Shown piece by piece: positions 1 through 6,889 of a DNA stretch of 22,908 nucleotides. Below the pieces are notes generated by a model. It was not told the origin of the DNA, did no database searches, and saw only the letters and a program-made list of their open reading frames with translations. The DNA comes from Myxococcota bacterium (GTDB taxonomy: Bacteria > Myxococcota > JACRCW01): NCBI GenBank assembly GCA_040752415.1, contig JBFMGU010000172.1:1-22908 (forward strand). The letters run 5' to 3'. How positions within the stretch are numbered: position 1 is the first letter of the stretch; every line of letters starts with the position of its first letter. The position numbers and the translations under genes were made by a program.

Positions 1-399
1 GCGGCCGCCAAGCCCGCGCCGACCGCCAAGGCCGCAGCTCCCGCGAAGGCGGTGGTGAAGCCCGCTCCCGCGCCCAAGCCCGTCCCGCTGAAGGACCTGG
101 ACAAGGCCGCCATCGAGCGGGCCGCCAAGGCCATCCTCAAGGCGCTGCGTCCGCTCACCGCGGATGATGACGAGGGCGACCGCGAGGCCCAGCGCAACCG
201 TCTCTCCCTGATGGCGGCGCACCCGCGGCGTCGGCCCGACGGCGAGTACGAGGTGTTCCTCCGCTACAACTCCGGCCCCGGCCTGGCCGACCCGGAGGCC
301 GACGCCGAGCGCCAGGCGCGCGACTTCTTCTCGAGCACCGAGTTCGCCAACGTGCCGGTGGCCGTGGACGTCATGGTGCTGGAAGAGCGCGAGAGCTGA
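1..399 (+). CDS. Hypothetical protein, 3' part (Ala/Pro/Lys-rich linker followed by a small globular domain); 5' end lies outside the window
   Basis: Frame 1 is open from base 1 (AAAKPAPTAKAAAPAKAVVKPAP...) to TGA at 397-399, with strong GC3 codon bias. No family motif recognised. Confidence 0.75.
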   Translation, partial: AAAKPAPTAKAAAPAKAVVKPAPAPKPVPLKDLDKAAIERAAKAILKALRPLTADDDEGDREAQRNRLSLMAAHPRRRPDGEYEVFLRYNSGPGLADPEADAERQARDFFSSTEFANVPVAVDVMVLEERES

Positions 400-471
400 G
401 CGGGCGGCGGGCTGACGTCGTCGCTGGTGAAGGGTGCACCCCTTGCACGACGGCGGGTCGCACGACGTCAA

Positions 472-635
472 TACGGCGGTTCCCATTCGGATTGACCGGG
501 GAAGTGATGGCCCTTGGCCGCGGAATCGCAGCCATTCTTGTTCCATTCTTGTCTGCGATTCCGCGGCCAAGAACCTTCGCTTCGCAGGTGCCAGGTTCAC
601 CCTCCACCACGCCAACTCCCACGGGAACCGTTGTA
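472..635. mobile_element. MITE-like non-autonomous element (164 bp) with imperfect terminal inverted repeats, TA at both ends and an internal perfect hairpin
   Basis: TACGGCGGTTCCC (472-484) and GGGAACCGTTGTA (623-635) are inverted repeats (11/13). Internal perfect 19-bp IR: CTTGGCCGCGGAATCGCAG (513-531) / CTGCGATTCCGCGGCCAAG (553-571). Its loop holds a direct duplication of CCATTCTTGT. No credible ORF. Confidence 0.6.
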
Positions 636-679
636 GGCCCCGCGGCTGTTTCGCCCGCTGTGAACGCGCTCGTCGCTGG

Positions 680-710
680 CCAGGGCGGCGTGGGCCCGCC
701 GCACTCCAGG
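680..710 (-). repeat. REP-like palindromic unit (CTGGAGT-GCGGCG-loop-CGCCGC-CCTGG on the minus strand)
   Basis: Shares the CTGGAGTGCGG...CCGCCCTGG frame with both arms of the repeat at 22700-22908. Confidence 0.5.
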
Positions 711-789
711 TTGTGGTCCGCTGGAGGCGGTCAAAGGACCGGATCGGCAGCTTGTTTCGAATCCAGGAGCCGGAGGGTCGCGCGGTCGT

Positions 790-812
790 CGCTGACGGGC
801 GCGACGTCAGCG
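790..812 (-). terminator. GC-rich hairpin just downstream of the RluA-family gene; possible terminator or RNA-stabilising stem
   Basis: CGCTGACG (790-797) / CGTCAGCG (805-812) with a 7-nt loop, 10 nt past the stop codon. No U-tract. Confidence 0.3.
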
Positions 813-822
813 TTCCAGGCGA

Positions 823-1758
823 TCATTCCTCGTCGTCGTCGACGTCCTCGGTGAAGCGCGCGCCCGGCGGTGGACCCTTGCGCGTGAGCTCGATGCGCGG
901 GGCGCCCGCACCGGGGATCTGGAACTCCTCTCGCAGCATGGGCCCGTGACGCCCGCCCGCCGCGCGCCACGCCGACGCCAGGTCCTCCGGCAGCGGGCTG
1001 ACGCCGGTGATGGTCCGGGTTCCGTCGGGGTGGGGCAGGGTCAGGCGGTGGCTGTGCAGGGCCTGGCGCGCCGGGTCGCCCTCACGGGGCTCCGCGTACT
1101 GCTGCTCGCCCAGCAGCGGGTGGCCCAGCTCCGCCATCTGGACGCGGATCTGGTTGCGTCGGCCGGTGTCCAGCTTGAAGGCCACCAGCGCCACGCCGTG
1201 CGCCTGCTCCACGACGCGGAAGTGCGTCACCGCGAGCTTCCCCTCGCCCTCGGCCAGCGCGCGCATGCGCAGGTCCTTGCCCACCGTGCCCAGGTGGCTG
1301 ACCAGTGTCCCCGCCTTGGGCGGCGTGCCGCGCACCAGCCCCAGGTACACGCGGGAGAGGTTGCGCGACCTGAGCTGCCCGACGAGGAACCCCAGCGCCC
1401 AGCGCGTGCGCGCCACGACGAGAACGCCGGAGGTGTCGCGGTCCAGGCGGTGCACGGGGAAGAGCCGGTCATGCGCGCCGCGCAGCCGGTGGTGCAAGAG
1501 CCCGACGACGGTGGGAGGATTGCCGCGGTCGGTGGGGACGGTGAGCAGGCCGGGGCCCTTGTCCACCAGGCAGATCTGCGCGTCCTTGTAGAGGATCTCC
1601 AAGCCCCCCGGGCCCGGCGCCCGACCCTCCCGCACCACCTCGAGGGGCGCACGCGGCGGCGCGGGGGCACGGACCGCACGTGGCGCACCGGGCGCGTGGG
1701 GGCCTCCGCGCGGCGGGCCGCGACGGTCGTCACGTCGGGGATGGCGGCGGGATCTCAC
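823..1758 (-). CDS. RluA-family RNA pseudouridine synthase
   Basis: Motifs ILYKD..ICLVDKGPGLLTVP, catalytic VHRLDRDTSG, LDTGRRNQIRVQMAELGHPLLGEQQY and RQALHS. Probable GTG start at 1758, 4 nt after the upstream stop; the ORF-track start at 1824 overlaps the upstream gene. Confidence 0.93.
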   Translation of the reverse strand: MRSRRHPRRDDRRGPPRGGPHAPGAPRAVRAPAPPRAPLEVVREGRAPGPGGLEILYKDAQICLVDKGPGLLTVPTDRGNPPTVVGLLHHRLRGAHDRLFPVHRLDRDTSGVLVVARTRWALGFLVGQLRSRNLSRVYLGLVRGTPPKAGTLVSHLGTVGKDLRMRALAEGEGKLAVTHFRVVEQAHGVALVAFKLDTGRRNQIRVQMAELGHPLLGEQQYAEPREGDPARQALHSHRLTLPHPDGTRTITGVSPLPEDLASAWRAAGGRHGPMLREEFQIPGAGAPRIELTRKGPPPGARFTEDVDDDEE

Positions 1759-1762
1759 GGAC

Positions 1763-3769
1763 TCACCCCAGCTTCTGCAGCAGCGCGCGCTCGGTGGCAT
1801 CCAGCACGCGGCCGCCCTCTTCATTGAGCATGGCGTGCAGCGACGAACAGACCCCGGCGCGGTCGGAGATGTCGCGGGTACGGTCCATCAGCGCGGCCAC
1901 CACGCACAGCCACTTGCCGTCCTGGCTCATCTCATCCCGACGGAACTTGTAGCGCGCCGGCCCGAGCACGCTGATCAGCGGCGTGAGGTTGGCCTCGTTC
2001 TCCAGGAACTCGCGGACCTTGCGGGCGCGCAGCGCGGCGTCGGCCTGCACGGTGGTCTGCAGCGCGGCGTACTCCACCAGCGAGAGCAGCGTGGCCCGCA
2101 CCTGGTCCGCGCGCGGTGGCGTCATGGGCAGGCCGGGAGGTTGGCCGTAGGCGGAGCGGAATCCCTCGGAGAGACGTCGACGCAGCTCCAGCCGGGCCCC
2201 CGGCGCGGGCGGCTGCTCCACGAAGGGAAACCGCGAGATGGCCGCCAGCGCCGCCGCCATGGGCACCAGGGAGCGGCTGATGTCGACGCCGGTCTGCGCG
2301 CGCGCTGCGGCGGCGCCGCTCATGGCCAACAGGTCGCCGGGACGCATGGAGCGGATGGCGTTGCTCGAGGGAGCCGCGCTCGCGGCCGGAGTGGCGACGC
2401 GCGCGAGCAGACAGCCCACCCCGCGCCCCAGCGCGCTCGCGTCCACCTCGGCGAGGTTGGGCCCCAGGGTCTCGACGGCGCGCCAGGCCACGCGCAACAC
2501 CTCGGGCAGCTTTGCGGCGCGCCCGGCCACGTCGTCACCCAGGGACATCAGGGCGCGCTCCAGGACCCGGCCGCCCTCGGTCTCCGTCGGGGGGAACGCG
2601 TCCGGGTCCAGGGTGAGGCCGCGTTGCCGGTACAGGGACGCGCGTGCGGCGGGGAGGTGCGCCAGCGCGGTGGGCGCGCTCACCTGGGCCTTGAACGCCG
2701 TCACCGCCTTCTGCACCAACGTGTGCATGGCCCCCGCGCCCTCCGCGGCCTTCTGGGCAATGACGTCGAGACCCAATGCCTGCAACGCGATCTCCTCCGC
2801 ACTCGAGGGCGAGACCGGTGGATGCAGGGCGGCGGCGATCTTGTCGATGCGGTCTCGCGGCAGACCGAGCTGGGCCAACGCCTTGGCGCGCTCCGGACCG
2901 GTCTTCAACGACGCCGCCATCAGCCCCGCCTTCACGCTGGCAAGCTTGTCCAACGCCGCGGACGCCGACGTGGCATTGGCCTTGGGCACCGCCAGCACGG
3001 TGAGGAGACGGATGCGCGCCTCCGCGTCCGCCTCCGTCAGCGCGGCGATGAGGTGCGTGCCTCCCGGGTCGCCGGTGGCGGTGACGGAGAGGGCCTGCTG
3101 CGCCCGCGCCACGAGCTTGCGAGCCTCCTTCAGCGCTTCCATCGCGAAGATGTCGACGAGCGGGCGGTAGAACGCGGCGCACAGTGCGTCGACGGCGTCC
3201 GGTGACTTGAGTGCGGCGGCGGCCTCCGTGGCGCGCTTGATGACCACCTCTCCGTCAACCTGCGCGGCGGCGGAGAGCACCCGTTCAATCCCCAGCCACT
3301 GCACGCGCTCGCTGATGGCCTTCTCGAGGGCGGCGGAGTCGTTGAGTAACGCCGCGGTGAGCACGCCCGGCCCCTGCACGCCCGGCCCCGGCGACACCAG
3401 GACCGCCTGCAGCACCGCCTCCGGCCCGAGCTGCGACGGCGTGACCTTGAGGGTGGGGCCGGTCTGGAACGCCTTCCACGCGCGCTTCTGCTTGGTCCCG
3501 GTGCCCTTGGCCAGGTCCAACCCCAGCACCACGCCCTTCTGGGTGGCCCACTTCTGCACCGCAGCCTTGTCGGGGACGCGGATGGTGGCGCCGGGAGGGA
3601 GCTTGTCGTCGGGTTTGTGGCCGGGATTGGCTTGCGCCAGCAGCTCGGCGGCGCGCTCGTCGGAGAAGATGCGACGGGCGATCTGGCGGAGGGTCTCCCC
3701 GTCGGCGGCGCGCACCACCTGCACGGCCGCGGCCGGCTTGGCGTTGCTGGGGGGCGCACCGACCGACAT
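1763..3769 (-). CDS. Hypothetical protein with an N-terminal LysM-like domain and an Ala-rich helical body (668 aa)
   Basis: N-terminal VVRAADGETLRQIARRIFSDERAAELLAQANPGHKPDDKLPPGATIRVP fits the LysM pattern (GETL..IA.....AN......L..G..I.VP). No signal peptide. Starts 9 nt after the upstream stop. Confidence 0.75.
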   Translation of the reverse strand: MSVGAPPSNAKPAAAVQVVRAADGETLRQIARRIFSDERAAELLAQANPGHKPDDKLPPGATIRVPDKAAVQKWATQKGVVLGLDLAKGTGTKQKRAWKAFQTGPTLKVTPSQLGPEAVLQAVLVSPGPGVQGPGVLTAALLNDSAALEKAISERVQWLGIERVLSAAAQVDGEVVIKRATEAAAALKSPDAVDALCAAFYRPLVDIFAMEALKEARKLVARAQQALSVTATGDPGGTHLIAALTEADAEARIRLLTVLAVPKANATSASAALDKLASVKAGLMAASLKTGPERAKALAQLGLPRDRIDKIAAALHPPVSPSSAEEIALQALGLDVIAQKAAEGAGAMHTLVQKAVTAFKAQVSAPTALAHLPAARASLYRQRGLTLDPDAFPPTETEGGRVLERALMSLGDDVAGRAAKLPEVLRVAWRAVETLGPNLAEVDASALGRGVGCLLARVATPAASAAPSSNAIRSMRPGDLLAMSGAAAARAQTGVDISRSLVPMAAALAAISRFPFVEQPPAPGARLELRRRLSEGFRSAYGQPPGLPMTPPRADQVRATLLSLVEYAALQTTVQADAALRARKVREFLENEANLTPLISVLGPARYKFRRDEMSQDGKWLCVVAALMDRTRDISDRAGVCSSLHAMLNEEGGRVLDATERALLQKLG

Positions 3770-3778
3770 GGGAAGGGA

Positions 3779-5680
3779 CTATCGCATGTTGCGAATGGCG
3801 GTCATCTGCGAGTCGTGCCAGCTCTTCATCATGTTGCTGATCATTTCGTAGGTGCGAGTCATCTCCTGCTGCTTCTTTTGGAGGATCTGCATGAATGACT
3901 GCTCGCTGTTGGTGTCGCTCGCGTCGTATTCGCGGCCGTCGACGGTCACCTTCGTGCCGTCCTGACCGACTTCCACAGAGCCCTCGTGGGATGCGCCTCC
4001 GGTGCCACTTGTGGAACCAGCGTCCCCGGTTGTCCGTTCGCCGGTCTTTGATTCGCCACCGCCGCCCACGGCCTGTCCCAGCATGTGCCCCGCGACGCCA
4101 CCCGCGAGCGCTCCAACCGCCGCCCAGACCTCGGGTGGGAACATGCCCATGGGCGAGCCGAAGAAGAACCCGACAGCAGCGCCAATGGCCGCGCCTCCAC
4201 CCGTGAACATCAGCTCCTTCATGACGCCATCGGTGTCCCCGCTCTTGCCGCCCTTGCCCAGTTGTTCAGCCATCTTCTCAAGCGGAAGGTTCTTGAGTCC
4301 TGCCGAACCGAGCCCGCAGAGCGCGCCAACCGCTCCCCCAAGCGCGGGCCCCGCCAGCTGGAGCGCTGCACCGATGGGCGCGCCGTACGTCGTGCCCTCA
4401 AGACAGGCACCCGCCACATTGCACAGAAGGGGAACGATGAGTGGAGCGATCGCGCCGGTGACGGCGAGCGCACCGGAGCCAAAGTTCTTGAACACTCCGA
4501 CAATTGAACCAACGTCCAGGCCTCCACCCTCGCCACCGCCCCCCGCACCAGGCAAGGGGGGGCCACCGCCGCCTTCGCCGCCGGGCACCCCGGGCAATGC
4601 GCCGCCACCCGGGCTCGCGGCGGCGTCCCCAGCCTCCTTCTTCTTCTCCCCACCGGCTGCTTTCTTGGCCTTGTCCCAGGAGTTCATCATCTCTTCGAGC
4701 TTCTTCTCCTGTTTCTTCGCGATCGCCATGAAGAACAAGAACATCTTGTCCTCGAAGGTCAGGTTGGGATCGCTCAGGATCGAGCTGATGTCGTCGGGAG
4801 CGGATGACCCCCTCGTCTCCGTTGTTCCGCCGGGCTGCTTGGTGTCCTCCATTCCTTTGGTCCCCGGCGGTCGCTCACCGGGTGAAGTCCTGCGTGTGCC
4901 TCCAACTTCGACACTGCCTTCGAGCAAGAGCTTTCCGAAATCCGGGAGGCTGAAGAGCTCGCTGAGGAAGGCGGTGAGGTGCTTGAATCCCCCTTCGACC
5001 TGCTTGCGCGCCTCCATCAGCAGCTCCAAACCCTTGGGGATGAAGGAGAGCGCGGCTGACAGCAGCGGGTTCTCGACAAGCTTGGCGATGAGATCAAATC
5101 CCAGCTTCTCGTTGATCCTTGGACCGCCGCCCACACTGAGGATGAGCTTGAGCAGCTCCTGCAGCTGGGCCTTCTCTTGGGCCGACAGGGGTTTGTCGGT
5201 GGTCACCTTTCCATCGGGCGTGGCACTCGTAACGTGGACGTCCCCGGTGCCGCAGTAGCCGCCGTTCTCGACGCCAAAGCGAAGATGAAGACCGAAAGTC
5301 AACTCGGGAAGGCGCTGGCGTGCCACCTCAGGGCGCTCGGGTGTAAAGGGTTGGGCCATCCCCTTCACCTCTTTCCCGACGTCGACTTCAAAGAGGAATT
5401 TCGCAGCGTGGCTGGCTGTGGTGAAGTAGTCCTTGCCCGACTTGAGCGCGGAATCGAGTTTGGCGGAGGCCTGGTTCTTGGCCTCGGAGGTGAACGCGCC
5501 GGCCTTCTCACCAGCCTTGTTGACGGCCCCAGCGGCGCTGTCCGTCGTTTCGCTGGCCAGCTTGCCGAGGTCTGCCGCCGGCGGCGCCTGAGGCTCCGGA
5601 GGCGGCGAGGCCGACACACTCGACGTGAAAGTGAACCCCGACGGACCCGCCGAACCGCCAACCTTGAACGTAGTGGTCAT
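3779..5680 (-). CDS. Putative type III-secreted filament/translocator-like protein (633 aa)
   Basis: ATG at 5680 with RBS GGGAGGAG (5687-5694). Ser/Pro/Gly-rich N-terminus without a Sec signal. Two Gly/Ala-rich hydrophobic blocks. C-terminus ...LQKKQQEMTRTYEMISNMMKSWHDSQMTAIRNMR has the SN..K...D.....I.N.R spacing of T3SS needle/filament subunits. The CDS is secure; the function is inferred. Confidence 0.55.
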   Translation of the reverse strand: MTTTFKVGGSAGPSGFTFTSSVSASPPPEPQAPPAADLGKLASETTDSAAGAVNKAGEKAGAFTSEAKNQASAKLDSALKSGKDYFTTASHAAKFLFEVDVGKEVKGMAQPFTPERPEVARQRLPELTFGLHLRFGVENGGYCGTGDVHVTSATPDGKVTTDKPLSAQEKAQLQELLKLILSVGGGPRINEKLGFDLIAKLVENPLLSAALSFIPKGLELLMEARKQVEGGFKHLTAFLSELFSLPDFGKLLLEGSVEVGGTRRTSPGERPPGTKGMEDTKQPGGTTETRGSSAPDDISSILSDPNLTFEDKMFLFFMAIAKKQEKKLEEMMNSWDKAKKAAGGEKKKEAGDAAASPGGGALPGVPGGEGGGGPPLPGAGGGGEGGGLDVGSIVGVFKNFGSGALAVTGAIAPLIVPLLCNVAGACLEGTTYGAPIGAALQLAGPALGGAVGALCGLGSAGLKNLPLEKMAEQLGKGGKSGDTDGVMKELMFTGGGAAIGAAVGFFFGSPMGMFPPEVWAAVGALAGGVAGHMLGQAVGGGGESKTGERTTGDAGSTSGTGGASHEGSVEVGQDGTKVTVDGREYDASDTNSEQSFMQILQKKQQEMTRTYEMISNMMKSWHDSQMTAIRNMR

Positions 5681-5733
5681 TCTGGTCTCCTCCCAGGCGG
5701 CTTCCCCACAACGCCGCGAACGGGTCCTCCTCT

Positions 5734-5749
5734 ATCACAAACCTTGCCA
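5734..5749 (-). promoter_or_regulatory. Putative sigma54 (-24/-12) promoter for the 633-aa gene operon
   Basis: Minus strand TGGCAAGGTTTGTGAT versus consensus TGGCACG-N4-TTGCW. The -24 box is good; the -12 box has GA in place of GC. About 55 nt upstream of the ATG. Confidence 0.45.
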
Positions 5750-5828
5750 ACCGCTGCCGGAAGGTAGAGCGCAGAGGGAAAGTCGGCCTGACCGGGGCGC
5801 CAAGGGCAGCTAAGGTGCCGCGAAAAAG

Positions 5829-5865
5829 TGTCCGGAATTCAGACAGGGTGTCTGAAATTCAGACA
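5829..5865. promoter_or_regulatory. Tandem 17-bp palindromic transcription-factor sites (TGTC-N9-GACA), probably enhancer-binding-protein sites
   Basis: TGTCCGGAATTCAGACA (5829-5845) and the perfect palindrome TGTCTGAAATTCAGACA (5849-5865), centres 20 bp apart, in the divergent intergenic region. Confidence 0.6.
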
Positions 5866-5965
5866 GGTCCCGGGGTGTGGGGCGCCGAGCGGACGTCGTG
5901 GGGGATAGGAATGGACCGGTTGGGGGCGGGGTTTGCCTATCCTGGGTGGTGGTACGGGGTGAGAC

Positions 5966-6889
5966 GTGCTTGAGCTGATTCGCCCGACGCCGCGCGCCCT
6001 CTGCTGGACCGCGCTCCTGTGGCTGACCGGCGCGGGAATCCTGCTGGCCGGGCCCGCGGCCGAGGTGTTGCGCTGGGCGGGCGAGATGGACGCGCGCCCC
6101 GAGGGCCTGGCCTGCCTGGACCTGGACCGCGACGGCACCGACGACGCCGTGGTGGTGGACGCCCGCGGCCTGCTCCTGCTGCCCCCCGCCGGCACCGAGC
6201 AGCCCCTGCAGCGCCTGCCCTGGCCCGCCGAGGCCCCGGTGGCGCCCGCGGTTCGCGACCCCCACGCGCGCGTGGTGGCGCTGCCGCCGCGGCTGGGTGG
6301 CGGGTTGGCCGTGGTGCCCTCCGCGCGCGGTGGCTACGGCGTGCTGCGCGAGGCGCCCGCGAGCCTGGGCACCCCGGCCCTGGCGTGGACGCTGGAGGGA
6401 ACCGCGCCGCTGTCCTCGCGCGGTGACCACGTGCTGACGGGGCTGCGCGTGGCGGGCACGCACCAGCTCATGGGCCTGAAGCTCGACGACGCGCCCGTGC
6501 GTGGTCTTCCCGGCGGTGTGCGCGCCACGGCGTTGCTGCGGGGGCCAAGTGACAAGGTGCTGCTGGTGGTGGGGAGCCCGGAGGGTGTCTCCCTGCATGA
6601 CCCCGCGGATGGTCGCGCCGGGGCGCTGTTGTCGGGCGTGGCGCCGCCGCTGCTTGCCGTCGATGACGACGGAGACGGTGTGGATGAGCTGTACTCCGCC
6701 CTGGACACCGAGCGCGGTACCGACGCGCTGATGGTGACGCGGCTGGCGCAAGGTCGGCCGGTGGTGGAGCGCGCGGCGGAGACGGGCGGGCGCCTGGTGG
6801 CGCTGGCGCGGTGCCCCGGCGGTCCGGGCGTGGTGATGGCCCTGGTGCAGGCGTCGGGCGGCTGGCGCGTCATGGAAGTGCGACCGTGA
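5966..6889 (+). CDS. Exported protein with FG-GAP/VCBS-like DxDxDG motifs (beta-propeller-like)
   Basis: Hydrophobic N-terminal signal-like segment. Motifs LDLDRDGTDDAVV and VDDDGDGVDELY. Its stop overlaps the next gene's start (GTGA). Confidence 0.65.
   Translation: MLELIRPTPRALCWTALLWLTGAGILLAGPAAEVLRWAGEMDARPEGLACLDLDRDGTDDAVVVDARGLLLLPPAGTEQPLQRLPWPAEAPVAPAVRDPHARVVALPPRLGGGLAVVPSARGGYGVLREAPASLGTPALAWTLEGTAPLSSRGDHVLTGLRVAGTHQLMGLKLDDAPVRGLPGGVRATALLRGPSDKVLLVVGSPEGVSLHDPADGRAGALLSGVAPPLLAVDDDGDGVDELYSALDTERGTDALMVTRLAQGRPVVERAAETGGRLVALARCPGGPGVVMALVQASGGWRVMEVRP

Noticed and set aside
411..811. Long-range inverted repeat GCTGACGTCG (411-420) / CGACGTCAGC (802-811) enclosing the whole gap
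   Set aside because: Only 10 bp, built around a self-palindromic GACGTC core, and each side has a closer local partner (462-470 and 790-797). Not enough to call one large element.
400..822. The structured ~420-nt gap as a housekeeping ncRNA (RNase P RNA, tmRNA, 6S, tRNA)
   Set aside because: No GAGGAAAGUCC or CGGCUUA RNase P signatures, no tRNA-like tmRNA ends, and the TTCGAATCC at about 756-764 lacks a T-stem and cloverleaf. Separate repeat elements explain the structure better.
5774..5786. GAGGGAAAGTCGG, resembling the RNase P RNA 5' signature
   Set aside because: Imperfect match, no matching 3' conserved element, and too little intergenic space before the gene at 5966.
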